Notes under the pieces: model-generated
Seen by the model: only the letters and a program-made list of their open reading frames with translations
Told to the model about the DNA's origin: nothing
Database searches by the model: none
Source of the DNA: a virus
Virus record (IMG/VR): IMGVR_UViG_3300025789_000020
DNA: 64,000 nucleotides
Reading direction: 5' to 3' (one strand)
Position numbers and translations under genes: made by a program
Shown: one piece after another, positions 27,170-37,000 of the stretch
How the letters are laid out: every line of letters begins with the position of its first letter
Numbering within the stretch: position 1 is the stretch's first letter

Positions 27170-28186
27170 ATGGGACGTCCTCTAAATAAAAAATATTTTG
27201 GCAATCGAAATATTGGTACCAACAGTCCAACTGACGATGGTATCGGCGGTAAAGGTGTAGCAAGCGTATCAGTTGCTACACAAGGTAGTATTAACATTAA
27301 TGATACTTACAAACATTTTCCAGCACTAACAGCATCAGCTCCAACTATTGCTAACGGTACAACAGCTACACTAGCAGTTACATGGGAAGTTGCTACAGTT
27401 AGCTTATCTGGTGGTACAAGTTATACTGCTGGTACAATCACTAGCATTACTGGCTTAGATGCTCAAGCTGTTGTTCCAACACGTTTCTCAGTAACACAAG
27501 TTGGCGGTGTTCCAACATTTGGTGCATTTACTGACCGTGGTACATATACAAGCATCGACGGTACAGGTATTACTACTTGGGCTGTTGTTGGCCCAGGCGG
27601 TACTGGTGCTCAAGCAACAGTTACATTCCGTGTTAAAGCTATTGCAGTTGTTAACGCTGGTGACGGTTATGTAACAGTTCCAACATTGACATGGAGTACA
27701 TTAGGTGGTACAACTCCAAGCGGTCAGACACCAACATTGACAGCGGCTAATGGCACTGACGGTACTAGCACTAGCTATGAGCCAGCTATTATTGCTTATG
27801 CATACACAGGCGGATCATTAGTTGAAGTTGATATTCAAAAGCAAAAATCTGCAAAACGTTATGTTGTTAACAAGTCTGGTGAAGTATCACGTACAGGTAC
27901 AGAAGTTGCTCGTTTACGTTACGACGCAGTTGCTGACGGTACTGCTGGATATACAGCAGATGAAGGTGTTGAGTTAAACATTGTTGCTATTGATAGCGCA
28001 GGCGGAACATATCTTGTACGTAAACTAACTAACCACAAAGTTAATATTAACCCAGCGGCGATTGCACGTTTAAGTTCAAGTGCAGGTACACAATTTCCAT
28101 TGAACAGTGATGGGTCATCACAATCAGTTCCATGGACTTTTGGTACACCATCAGCAAACTACAGCGTACAGATTGAAAACGCTTAA
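27170..28186 (+). CDS. Virion structural protein (Thr/Gly-rich beta; possible head/collar decoration)
   Basis: 338 aa with its own late promoter, strong SD and a downstream hairpin; codon usage resembles gp23. Confidence 0.6.
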   Translation: MGRPLNKKYFGNRNIGTNSPTDDGIGGKGVASVSVATQGSININDTYKHFPALTASAPTIANGTTATLAVTWEVATVSLSGGTSYTAGTITSITGLDAQAVVPTRFSVTQVGGVPTFGAFTDRGTYTSIDGTGITTWAVVGPGGTGAQATVTFRVKAIAVVNAGDGYVTVPTLTWSTLGGTTPSGQTPTLTAANGTDGTSTSYEPAIIAYAYTGGSLVEVDIQKQKSAKRYVVNKSGEVSRTGTEVARLRYDAVADGTAGYTADEGVELNIVAIDSAGGTYLVRKLTNHKVNINPAAIARLSSSAGTQFPLNSDGSSQSVPWTFGTPSANYSVQIENA

Positions 28187-28213
28187 TAAAAATACGGGGA
28201 CTTGCTCCCCGTA
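28187..28213. terminator. Stem-loop (terminator or mRNA stabiliser)
   Basis: TACGGGGA-CTTGC-TCCCCGTA preceded by an A-run; no U-run on +, abuts the next SD. Confidence 0.55.
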
Positions 28214-28223
28214 AGGATTATAA

Positions 28224-29186
28224 ATGTCAAGAATATTAAAAGTCAGTAACGGTGATTATAAACTACAAGTACAGTCTGGTGGAAACATCATATTGGATAC
28301 ACAAAGTACGACCGGTACCGTTACTGTTATTGGTAATCTTGATGTTAAAGGTACAACTACTTTTGTAGAAAGTACCAACACAGAAATTAAAGATAACATA
28401 CTTCAGCTAAATTACGGGCAAACTGGCTCGGGGATTAGTAGTGCAAATAGTTATCAAGCAGGAATTGAAATAGAAAGGGGCAGCCTAAGTGCGGCCCAGT
28501 TCTTGTTTAACGAACAAATTCCACATTATAACCCAGTAAACAGCAGTGAAGTTAACGGTTCATTTGTAATGAAGACTATAGATGGGCAACTATCTGGTCT
28601 GCAACTTAGAACTATTGCTACTGATGGAACTAGCGATTTTGTATTTGACATGCAGAATAGCAACTATGCTTTGCTAATTGCAAATTCAACAAGCTACGAA
28701 ACAAAAGTAACACAAGATAATCATATTATCAACAGAAAATATCTCTACAACTATGTAGCGGCTAGTAATGGTATTGCTACAGTTGACAGAATTTACACTC
28801 CCCAAAATGCGGCTTTTGGTTCAGAATATAGTAAAATTCAAGCATTTAATACTAGTATTAGCATGTATATTGCTGGTACCACTATTGCTACAATATCAGC
28901 AGGCGGACTAACTGTTAGTGATTTAAATTTTTACGGTGATACAATTACTAACAATTCTGTTAGTGCTAATCTAGTATTAGCTGCCGCAAATAATAACGTT
29001 GAAGTAAATGCAATATTAAATTTAGATGATCAAAGTAGCACACCTAGTCAACAATCTGGAAGAACAAAATTGTATTCCAAAGCGGCAGCAGGCCCAGGTA
29101 ATACAGGACTATATATATCAAATGTAACTACTCAAGACGAATTGATTAGTAAAAATCGTGCAGTACTATTGAGTATTTTACTATAA
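28224..29186 (+). CDS. Tail-fibre-related structural protein
   Basis: GNLDVKGTTTFVESTNTEIKDNILQLN..AGIEIERG fibre motif; hydrophobic C-terminus AVLLSILL. Confidence 0.6.
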   Translation: MSRILKVSNGDYKLQVQSGGNIILDTQSTTGTVTVIGNLDVKGTTTFVESTNTEIKDNILQLNYGQTGSGISSANSYQAGIEIERGSLSAAQFLFNEQIPHYNPVNSSEVNGSFVMKTIDGQLSGLQLRTIATDGTSDFVFDMQNSNYALLIANSTSYETKVTQDNHIINRKYLYNYVAASNGIATVDRIYTPQNAAFGSEYSKIQAFNTSISMYIAGTTIATISAGGLTVSDLNFYGDTITNNSVSANLVLAAANNNVEVNAILNLDDQSSTPSQQSGRTKLYSKAAAGPGNTGLYISNVTTQDELISKNRAVLLSILL

Positions 29187-29195
29187 GGAAAGAAC

Positions 29196-29504
29196 ATGGC
29201 AATTTCAAATACCCTAGTTGCAATAACTAATACAACAGTTTATACCAGTAGTGGTAATAATGCCATCACTGCTATGATTGTTTGTAATTACGGAGCAACT
29301 ACTAGCAATCTTACATTGTATGCAGTTCCAAACGGCGGAAGCCCTGGCAACTTGACAACAATAGTATATCAGTTACCAATCGTAGCTGGAGAAACTTTAA
29401 GTTTAGATCAAGAAAAATTAGTGTTAGCAAATGGGGATACTATTGTAGCAGTGGCTAGTGTAGCATCAATGTTATCATTTACAATTAGCACATTGGCGGT
29501 ATAA
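29196..29504 (+). CDS. Small beta-sandwich fibre-associated protein (paralogue 1)
   Basis: VYT..AITAMIVCN...ETLSLDQEKLVLANGDTI; similar to 33319 and 52152. Confidence 0.65.
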   Translation: MAISNTLVAITNTTVYTSSGNNAITAMIVCNYGATTSNLTLYAVPNGGSPGNLTTIVYQLPIVAGETLSLDQEKLVLANGDTIVAVASVASMLSFTISTLAV

Positions 29505-30559
29505 TGCGATTCTTAAAACAACTTAATCTAAGTCGTAGAGCAGTTACAGATACTACCTTGTATGCTAATTCGGTCACAGGGCAAGTTGTTATGGGTGGAA
29601 CTACGGACCTTGTAGTACCAACAGGAACTACAGCACAGCGCCCTAGCAATCCAATTAACGGTATGATGCGTTATAATACTGACATAACTTCCGGTGGACA
29701 ACTAGAAATTTATCAAGGTAGTAAATGGCGCAGTCTAAGATTTAAAGAATCTGGAACTATTATACAACAAAATTTAGGTGCTGGCGACAGTAACAACACA
29801 TATTTTGGTCCTCTGAATTCTGCTTATAATCCAGGTAATGTGGACAGCAACAACTCAACATTTGGCGGACAAAACATTATTGTTGTAGTTGAAAACGTTA
29901 TTCAACTTAGTAGTATTAACTACACAGTAGTACAAAATCCCACACTACCAACAGAAACATACACCGGATCTCTTAGTGTAGCCGCTAGCACAGGATCAGC
30001 AATATTATATTTTAACACAAGTTTAAATGTAACTACAGCAAGTTGGACTAGTAATGTTGCTACAGTCACAATGTCAAATACTACGTCTTCACAACCTGGA
30101 TTTGCAATTGGCGCAACAATAACAGTTGCAGGTATTTTATCTACAGGTCAAGCATCAAGTGCATTTAACGGAGTATTTACGGTTACCGGATCAACAGCAA
30201 CTACAGTTACTTACGCACTAACAACTAATCCAGGGACGTATCAAAATGGTGGATCGGTTACTGCAAGCGGCAGCACTCCTGCGGTGTTCCCAGCTGTACC
30301 TCTTACTGGTGCAACCGTTAGTGGATCTAATATTTATAGTGGTGCTCTTCTTACTGGTTCTGCAATAACTGATCCAAATACTGGAGCATTGACTAGTATT
30401 TCTATGAATCATGCACCAACTGGAAATATTGCAGTTAATACAGCTATAACAATTGCTGAGTCTAGCCAAACAATTTCAAATAACAGTTATTACTTAAAAT
30501 TTAGTACGCCTGTGCCGTATGGCAAGGTAGTTATTGCGCTATTAGGTTTTGACCAATAA
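29504..30559 (+). CDS. Tail-fibre-related structural protein
   Basis: VPTGTTAQRP...GMMRYNTD..LEIYQGSKW motif; IIVVVENVIQ....YTV domain interrupted by Thr-rich inserts. Confidence 0.65.
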   Translation: MRFLKQLNLSRRAVTDTTLYANSVTGQVVMGGTTDLVVPTGTTAQRPSNPINGMMRYNTDITSGGQLEIYQGSKWRSLRFKESGTIIQQNLGAGDSNNTYFGPLNSAYNPGNVDSNNSTFGGQNIIVVVENVIQLSSINYTVVQNPTLPTETYTGSLSVAASTGSAILYFNTSLNVTTASWTSNVATVTMSNTTSSQPGFAIGATITVAGILSTGQASSAFNGVFTVTGSTATTVTYALTTNPGTYQNGGSVTASGSTPAVFPAVPLTGATVSGSNIYSGALLTGSAITDPNTGALTSISMNHAPTGNIAVNTAITIAESSQTISNNSYYLKFSTPVPYGKVVIALLGFDQ

Positions 30560-30568
30560 GGAGCTAGA

Positions 30569-31651
30569 ATGGCTCAACTAGGTAGAATTGGCGGTCCGTT
30601 ACTAGCAGATAATCTACTGCGCAACGGTTCTGATCTAGCTTTTGACACAAAAGTATTATATCTAAATGTTACTGGCAAGTACATCGGCGTTGGAACTACA
30701 AGCCCCACAGCTGATTTAAATGTTGCCGGTGCTTCTGGCACGATTAATACTCAAAACTTAAATGTTACTACACTAGGACATTTTGGTAACTTAGAATTTT
30801 CTACTAATCAAATACAAAATATTATTAGTGGAATTGCTATTAGTCCTAATCAAACTAGTAATCCTACTATCACTGCTCCTGGCATCCAGACTAACAAATT
30901 AACATTAAGTGGAAATACTATCGTTGATTATGTTAGCAATGATAATATTTCAATTAGTCCGATAGGAACTGGTAACGTTTATCTAAACAATAACACTACA
31001 GTTACTGGTAACTTACATGCTACAGGCAATATTACTCTAGATGGAAATATTACACTTGGCGACCAGACTACAGATACCATTACAATTGCCGGCGAAGTTA
31101 ATAGTAACATTTTACCAATAACAACTAATACATATAATTTAGGTTCTAATAGTTTACAATGGAAAAATATCTACGGTGTTAATATTCTAGGAGGATTAGG
31201 AGGAACGTTAAATGTTAACGCCCTAACACCGACTGCTATCACTGGCGGGAATGTTTCATTTACTGGAAACACTATTCGTGATTCTAATGCTGATATTATA
31301 CTATCAGCATCTAGTAATAACGTTGTTTTAAATAATAATTTTAAATTTAATGGCAATAACATAACCATGTTGTACAGCAGTCCTGCAAATGCAACATTGT
31401 CATTTTCTAGCACCGGTAATGGATATTTAAAATTTTCAGGAGCAAATGGATTAGCAATTCCAACTGGTTCTACATCGGCTAGACCTATCGCTCCTGAAGT
31501 AGGAACTACACGATATAACTCTACTATACCTCAAACAGAAGTGTACGATGCAACCCTCGGTTGGATACCAGCAATCGGTACAAGCCCTGTTCTAGACTAT
31601 ACTGCGGTTAGCGATATTATGAATGAAATGGCGCTGATCTTCGGGTATTAA
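30569..31651 (+). CDS. Tail-fibre protein
   Basis: MAQLGRIGGPLLADNLLRNG; GNLHATGNITLDGNITLGD repeats; PTGSTSARP..GTTRYN. Confidence 0.7.
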   Translation: MAQLGRIGGPLLADNLLRNGSDLAFDTKVLYLNVTGKYIGVGTTSPTADLNVAGASGTINTQNLNVTTLGHFGNLEFSTNQIQNIISGIAISPNQTSNPTITAPGIQTNKLTLSGNTIVDYVSNDNISISPIGTGNVYLNNNTTVTGNLHATGNITLDGNITLGDQTTDTITIAGEVNSNILPITTNTYNLGSNSLQWKNIYGVNILGGLGGTLNVNALTPTAITGGNVSFTGNTIRDSNADIILSASSNNVVLNNNFKFNGNNITMLYSSPANATLSFSSTGNGYLKFSGANGLAIPTGSTSARPIAPEVGTTRYNSTIPQTEVYDATLGWIPAIGTSPVLDYTAVSDIMNEMALIFGY

Positions 31652-31660
31652 TCAAAAACC

Positions 31661-31790
31661 GATAAATACTTTGATTAGGAAAAATGACCAATTCTTCCTA
31701 TGGTTAGACTGTGGTAAACCCGCAAAGAGCCTTGTAGTACAAGGATGAAAATGAGGTTAACCGTGAAACACGGGGTATAAGGGAGCATTC
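31661..31790 (+). promoter_or_regulatory. Late promoter GATAAATA plus ~120-nt structured 5' leader
   Basis: TAAATA 31663-68; stems TAGGAA/TTCCTA, TGACCA/TGGTTA, CCTTGT/ACAAGG, CCGTG/CACGG. Confidence 0.6.
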
Positions 31791-33314
31791 ATGGCTGTTG
31801 GTCGAATTTCAGGGCCGCTCTTAAAAGACAATTTGCTCCGCAACGGGCAAAATTTAGCTTTTGAGACGAGCCTTCTCTATCTTGATGTGGTTAATGGCCG
31901 TGTAGGAATTAATACAGCATCGCCAGCTTACGACTTAGATGTTAACGGTACAACACGCTCAACGAACTTATACGCTTCTACTCAAGCTAACATTGCTACT
32001 TTTACTTTAACTAGCAACACACTTAGCAGTTCAAGTTCAACAATTAATTTATTACCAAGTGGAGTTAATCCTGTAGTTTATCAGGGTAGCTTAACTATTG
32101 GTACTCAATTAAACATCACTGGTAATACTATTGCCAGCTTAGGTACAAACACTGACATTAATATTAGTACTACTGGCACAGGTAATATTAATATTAATGC
32201 CAATACTACAGTTAACGGCAACTTGCATGTTACTGGAAATATTACAGCTGACGGTGGTAGCGGCGGAAATATTACACTAGGTAATCAAACTACTGATACA
32301 ATTACATTCACCGGCGAAGTTAACAGTGATATTTTACCATCTACAACTGGAACATATAATTTAGGTTCTAGTAGTTTACAGTGGAATAACTTATACGTTA
32401 ATACTGCTAATTTTACAAACATTACAGTAACTAATCTAGTAGCAACAGATATTAAAACTGCTAATTTAGATATTAGTGGTAACACAATTAGCACATATAC
32501 TGCTAATACTGATATCAACTTTACTACTAGCAACAACTATGGGTTACAAACTGGTAACTTAAGATTTTACAACAGTACCGTTACAAACGTTGTATCTAAT
32601 GCTATCACAACTATTGGAACAGCACCTGTAGTTGCAAACTTCACCGGAGCAATTGCACTAGGTACAGCCGTAACATTTGTAGGTAATATCAACGGTACAA
32701 CACTAAATGTTACATCAGCTCCAACTGGTGCTGGCATTGTTGCTGGTTATATAATTACTGGTAACCAAGTTGCCGCTGGATCATATATTATAGCTAATCT
32801 AACAGGCACCGGTACAAGTAGCACTAGCACTTGGACCATATTTCCAGCACAGGTAGTATCTGGAACTACTATAACAGCTACCCCAATTATATTAACTGTA
32901 ACAAGTTTTATTGGATCAATTCCAATTGTAAACGGAATGATCATAGCAGATACAGGCAATGCTGTTACAGCAGGAACTTATATTACTGCTCTAGGTTCGG
33001 GGTCAGGCGGCAACGGAACTTACTATGTAACACCAAGCCAAACAGTATCAGCAACAGCAATGACTGCTACTGGTAGCGGCACTGGATATACTAAAATTGC
33101 AGGCACATATGGTATTGTAATACCTAACGGTGGAAGTAGTGCCAGACCATTACAAGCCTATTCTGAACTTGGAATGATTCGTTATAATACCGATCTTCAG
33201 CTAGTTGAAGTTTGGACTGGATCAGCATGGATATCAGTTGCTGGTAGTAGTAGCGGTGTTAACGCACTACAGGCCAATGATATTGGCTTTGCGGCAGCAA
33301 TAACTTTCGGATAA
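31791..33314 (+). CDS. Tail-fibre protein (paralogue of 30569)
   Basis: MAVGRISGPLLKDNLLRNG; shares repeats and the GMIRYNTD motif; carries extra beta-module inserts. Confidence 0.7.
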   Translation: MAVGRISGPLLKDNLLRNGQNLAFETSLLYLDVVNGRVGINTASPAYDLDVNGTTRSTNLYASTQANIATFTLTSNTLSSSSSTINLLPSGVNPVVYQGSLTIGTQLNITGNTIASLGTNTDINISTTGTGNININANTTVNGNLHVTGNITADGGSGGNITLGNQTTDTITFTGEVNSDILPSTTGTYNLGSSSLQWNNLYVNTANFTNITVTNLVATDIKTANLDISGNTISTYTANTDINFTTSNNYGLQTGNLRFYNSTVTNVVSNAITTIGTAPVVANFTGAIALGTAVTFVGNINGTTLNVTSAPTGAGIVAGYIITGNQVAAGSYIIANLTGTGTSSTSTWTIFPAQVVSGTTITATPIILTVTSFIGSIPIVNGMIIADTGNAVTAGTYITALGSGSGGNGTYYVTPSQTVSATAMTATGSGTGYTKIAGTYGIVIPNGGSSARPLQAYSELGMIRYNTDLQLVEVWTGSAWISVAGSSSGVNALQANDIGFAAAITFG

Positions 33315-33318
33315 AAGC

Positions 33319-33648
33319 ATGACAACATATTTTAGAACAACTGTAAAACAAGGCGTAGGCACAACACCTACAGCATTACTAACAACACCTAACACTAGTA
33401 CCTACACTGTTATTGGTATGAACTTGGCTAATACAACAGATGATGATGTTAGCTGTACTTTAACTGTTACTGATACTACTCCTACAACTGTAAACTATAT
33501 AAACTCGCTGATTATTCCGCCGTATACCAGTGCTAAAGTTATTACTAACGGTGAAAAATTAATTCTAGCAGGTAGTTGTAGTATGAGCTTAACTAGTGAT
33601 ACTGCCAGCAGTATTGATGTAACTATAAGTTACGCTGAGATTGTATAA
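33319..33648 (+). CDS. Small beta-sandwich fibre-associated protein (paralogue 2)
   Basis: TVIGMNLAN...GEKLILAG; similar to 29196 and 52152. Confidence 0.65.
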   Translation: MTTYFRTTVKQGVGTTPTALLTTPNTSTYTVIGMNLANTTDDDVSCTLTVTDTTPTTVNYINSLIIPPYTSAKVITNGEKLILAGSCSMSLTSDTASSIDVTISYAEIV

Positions 33649-33659
33649 GGGAAAATATT

Positions 33660-34019
33660 ATGGCAGACAATTACTTTTTTGGTAGATCGCAAGATGAAAT
33701 GCTAGGTGATCAACCTAGATATATGTACGCATTACGCAGAACTGATGCCGGCGATTTGTATTTTGCTCGTGTTAATCAACTGAGCAGAACTGATAGTATA
33801 ACTATTAATAATAACGGTGCGTCTGGCGACAACTATCCTGACTTTCAGCCTGGTGTAGATTTTTTAGAAGGTCGAGATGTTAATCATAATTTAACATACG
33901 CAAATTTAAAGTACGAACAATTAAGATGGGATGATCGTAGCATTTATTATTATATTGATAGCCAAGGTAATCTTGTTGCTAGAATTGGTAGTAAGTACGC
34001 ATACCCTACTGGTATATAA
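33660..34019 (+). CDS. Hypothetical virion-associated protein
   Basis: 119 aa in the fibre operon; YYYIDSQGNLVARI C-terminus. Confidence 0.6.
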   Translation: MADNYFFGRSQDEMLGDQPRYMYALRRTDAGDLYFARVNQLSRTDSITINNNGASGDNYPDFQPGVDFLEGRDVNHNLTYANLKYEQLRWDDRSIYYYIDSQGNLVARIGSKYAYPTGI

Positions 34020-34038
34020 ACAAATATTGAGGTAAGAA

Positions 34039-37000
34039 ATGGCTGATTTTAAAATAAGTAGAATACGATTTACATGGCGCGGTCCTTGGATAACTGGCAC
34101 AGTCTATGCTAAAGATGACGTAATAAACTATGGCGGAAAATCTTACGTATGTGTCTTAGCCAATACTGCTAGTGCAAATTTTTATACAGATTCAGCCAGT
34201 TGGACTTTATGGTTTGATGGTTACACTTGGAAAGGTGTGTGGGCTGTTGGTACATTATACAACATAGGTGATTACGTAACATATGGCGGTGTAATTTATA
34301 TTTGTACTAGTGGACATACATCAGCTGCCACAACTCTATTAGGCCTTGAAGCAAATCAGTCAAGTTGGATTATCTACGCTCTTGCTGACGAATGGAGCAA
34401 ACATTGGCTAGCAAGTACACGATACAAAAAAGGTGACATTGTTCGATACGGACCAAGTCTATATCGTTGTAATACAGGGCACCAGACAGCCGCAACTCTA
34501 GAAGCAAATCAGTCTTACTGGGATGTTGTAAGCTATAGTGAAGATTGGAAAACAGACTGGGTTACTAGTTATCAATACAAACTAGGCGATGTAGTCCGAT
34601 ACGGCGGTATTGTTTATAAATGTCTAACAGGACATACTAGTGCGCCAACCGTTGCTTCTGGATTAGAACAAGATCAAAGCAAATGGGCAGTTCTACACAG
34701 CGGTATTGATTTTAAAACAAACTGGGCAACGGCAACTCGATATAAAGTAAATGATATTGTTAAGTATGGTGCTGACTTGTGGTTCTGTAATATTCCGCAT
34801 ACATCAACTACAACTTTTAGTACTACAAACTTTTCTTTATATGTACCTGGATTAGAATTTTCTAGTACATGGAGTGTTAGTACATCATACGTAGTAGGTG
34901 ATGTAGTAGTATACGGTGGATATCAGTATATCAGTGCAACTACAAATAACCAAGGTAATGTTCCGTCAACTGATTCAACAGATTGGAAACTATTATCTAA
35001 AAGTTATAACATTCGAGGCGACTACACTGCAACAAATTATAAAGTAGGTGATGTTGTTCGTCGTGATGGACAGCTATATGTTGCTATTGCAGACAACAAC
35101 GGAAATGATCCTACAGATACTTCTGCTTGGCAATTATTAATTTCAGGAGTACAGTGGAGAAATATTTGGGCTACACGATCATCTTATGCTCCAGGCGACA
35201 TCGTAACATTCAACGGTACTGCATATGTTTGTAAACAATTACATTCATCTACAACTAATAATAGTCCGCTAGTTGACAACACTTTTACATCGTTAATGAT
35301 TACTGGAGCTACAGGTACAGGAGCATTGACTACACAGACTGGTTCTATCACAGCAACTAGTGGGGTGAACGTTACAGTTAGTTCTTCATCAGGATTACAT
35401 ATAGGCGAGCCATTTGTGGTAGCAGGAACCGGCGGCGGCGGTCTAACTGCTGGGACTTACTATGTTGGAAATATTATTGACGGATCAACTATTTCACTAT
35501 CAGCAACATATCTTGGAGCACTAGGCACTGCTGATATTTCTTTTAGTGTAGCATCATTAACTGGAACTACATTTACAGCAACACCAAGTATTTCAGGACT
35601 TAGTACTGTAACGTTTCCAACACAGAGCAATGCTCCTTATACTCCTGGCGCTTCGATCATTGTATCAAATACAACACCAACAGGGTATAATGGAAAGTAT
35701 ACAGTAATAGTATGCACAAATACCACAGTTAGTTTTCCTAATTTAACTACAGGATTTACTACAGGTGGTTCTGTACAAAATGCGTCAGTGTATTGGGATA
35801 GATATGCCGCAGGTGATCAGTGGGTTTCAATTCAAAACTACGGTGACATCCCTACATATAATAATAACGCATTAAATTCAGCGTTGCCAACAGGCAACAC
35901 TGCAATTTCAATTGGAACAAAAGGACAACTACTACGTTCAAATGCACAAGTTACTAACGGAATTACTAACAATTCAAATGTTATCCCAGCCTGGAATAAT
36001 TTTGGCATCATTGGTAAAGTTTATTATGTTGCTATGAATGGAGTCGATGCTGTCGGCAATGGAACAACAGTTGACACGCCGTGGGCTAGTGTTGCATATG
36101 CTTGTCAAAATGTCATTGGCCCGGCAACTATTTTTATTAAAACAGGAACTTATTCTGAAATCCTTCCAATTAGTTTACCAGCAGGTGTTGCTATTGTTGG
36201 AGACGAGCTAAGGGGGACTGTAATACAACCAGCGGCTGGATATTCTGGTAGCAACATGTTCTATGTTCGTAATGGTTGCGGTATTAGAAATATGACTTTA
36301 CAAGGACTAGTTGGCGGGTTAACTCCAGCAAACCAATACTTAACTTCTCGTCCAACAGGCGGCGCATTTGTAAGTTTGGATCCAGGTGCTGGCCCGAGCG
36401 ACACTAGTGTACAAATTACTACCAAGTCACCATATTGTCAAAACGTTACAATGTTTGGTACTGGATGCACCGGTGTTAAGATTGATGGTACCCTGCATAA
36501 TGCGGGCAATCGTTCTATTGTTGCTAACGACTTTACTACTATTATCAGTGATGGTATTGGTGCATGGTGTACTGGACCTAGTGCGTTAACTGAATTAGTT
36601 TCAGTGTTTAATTATTACGGACACATTGGATATCTAGCAGAAGCTGGCGGCAAAATCCGTGCAACTAATGGTAACAGTTCATACGGTACATATGGTACAG
36701 TTGCCGAAGGATATGATACTACTGAAGTTCCGTTAGCTGGAACTGTTAACAATCGTAGCCAACAAGCACAAATACAAGCAGCCTTTGCTGGACAAGCAAA
36801 TAATAAAATTCTTAGATTAGAATTTGCTAATGCTGGACAAAACTATACAACAGCAACCTACACATTTAGTGGAGCAGGTATAGGTGCAGTTGCGATTGCT
36901 GATGAATTTAGAGATTTAGGAATTTTTGAAGCACGAATTTCAGGTCCTACTGATATAACAGCTGGCGGTACTGGATATCTAACAGCCGGTAACCAGGCAG

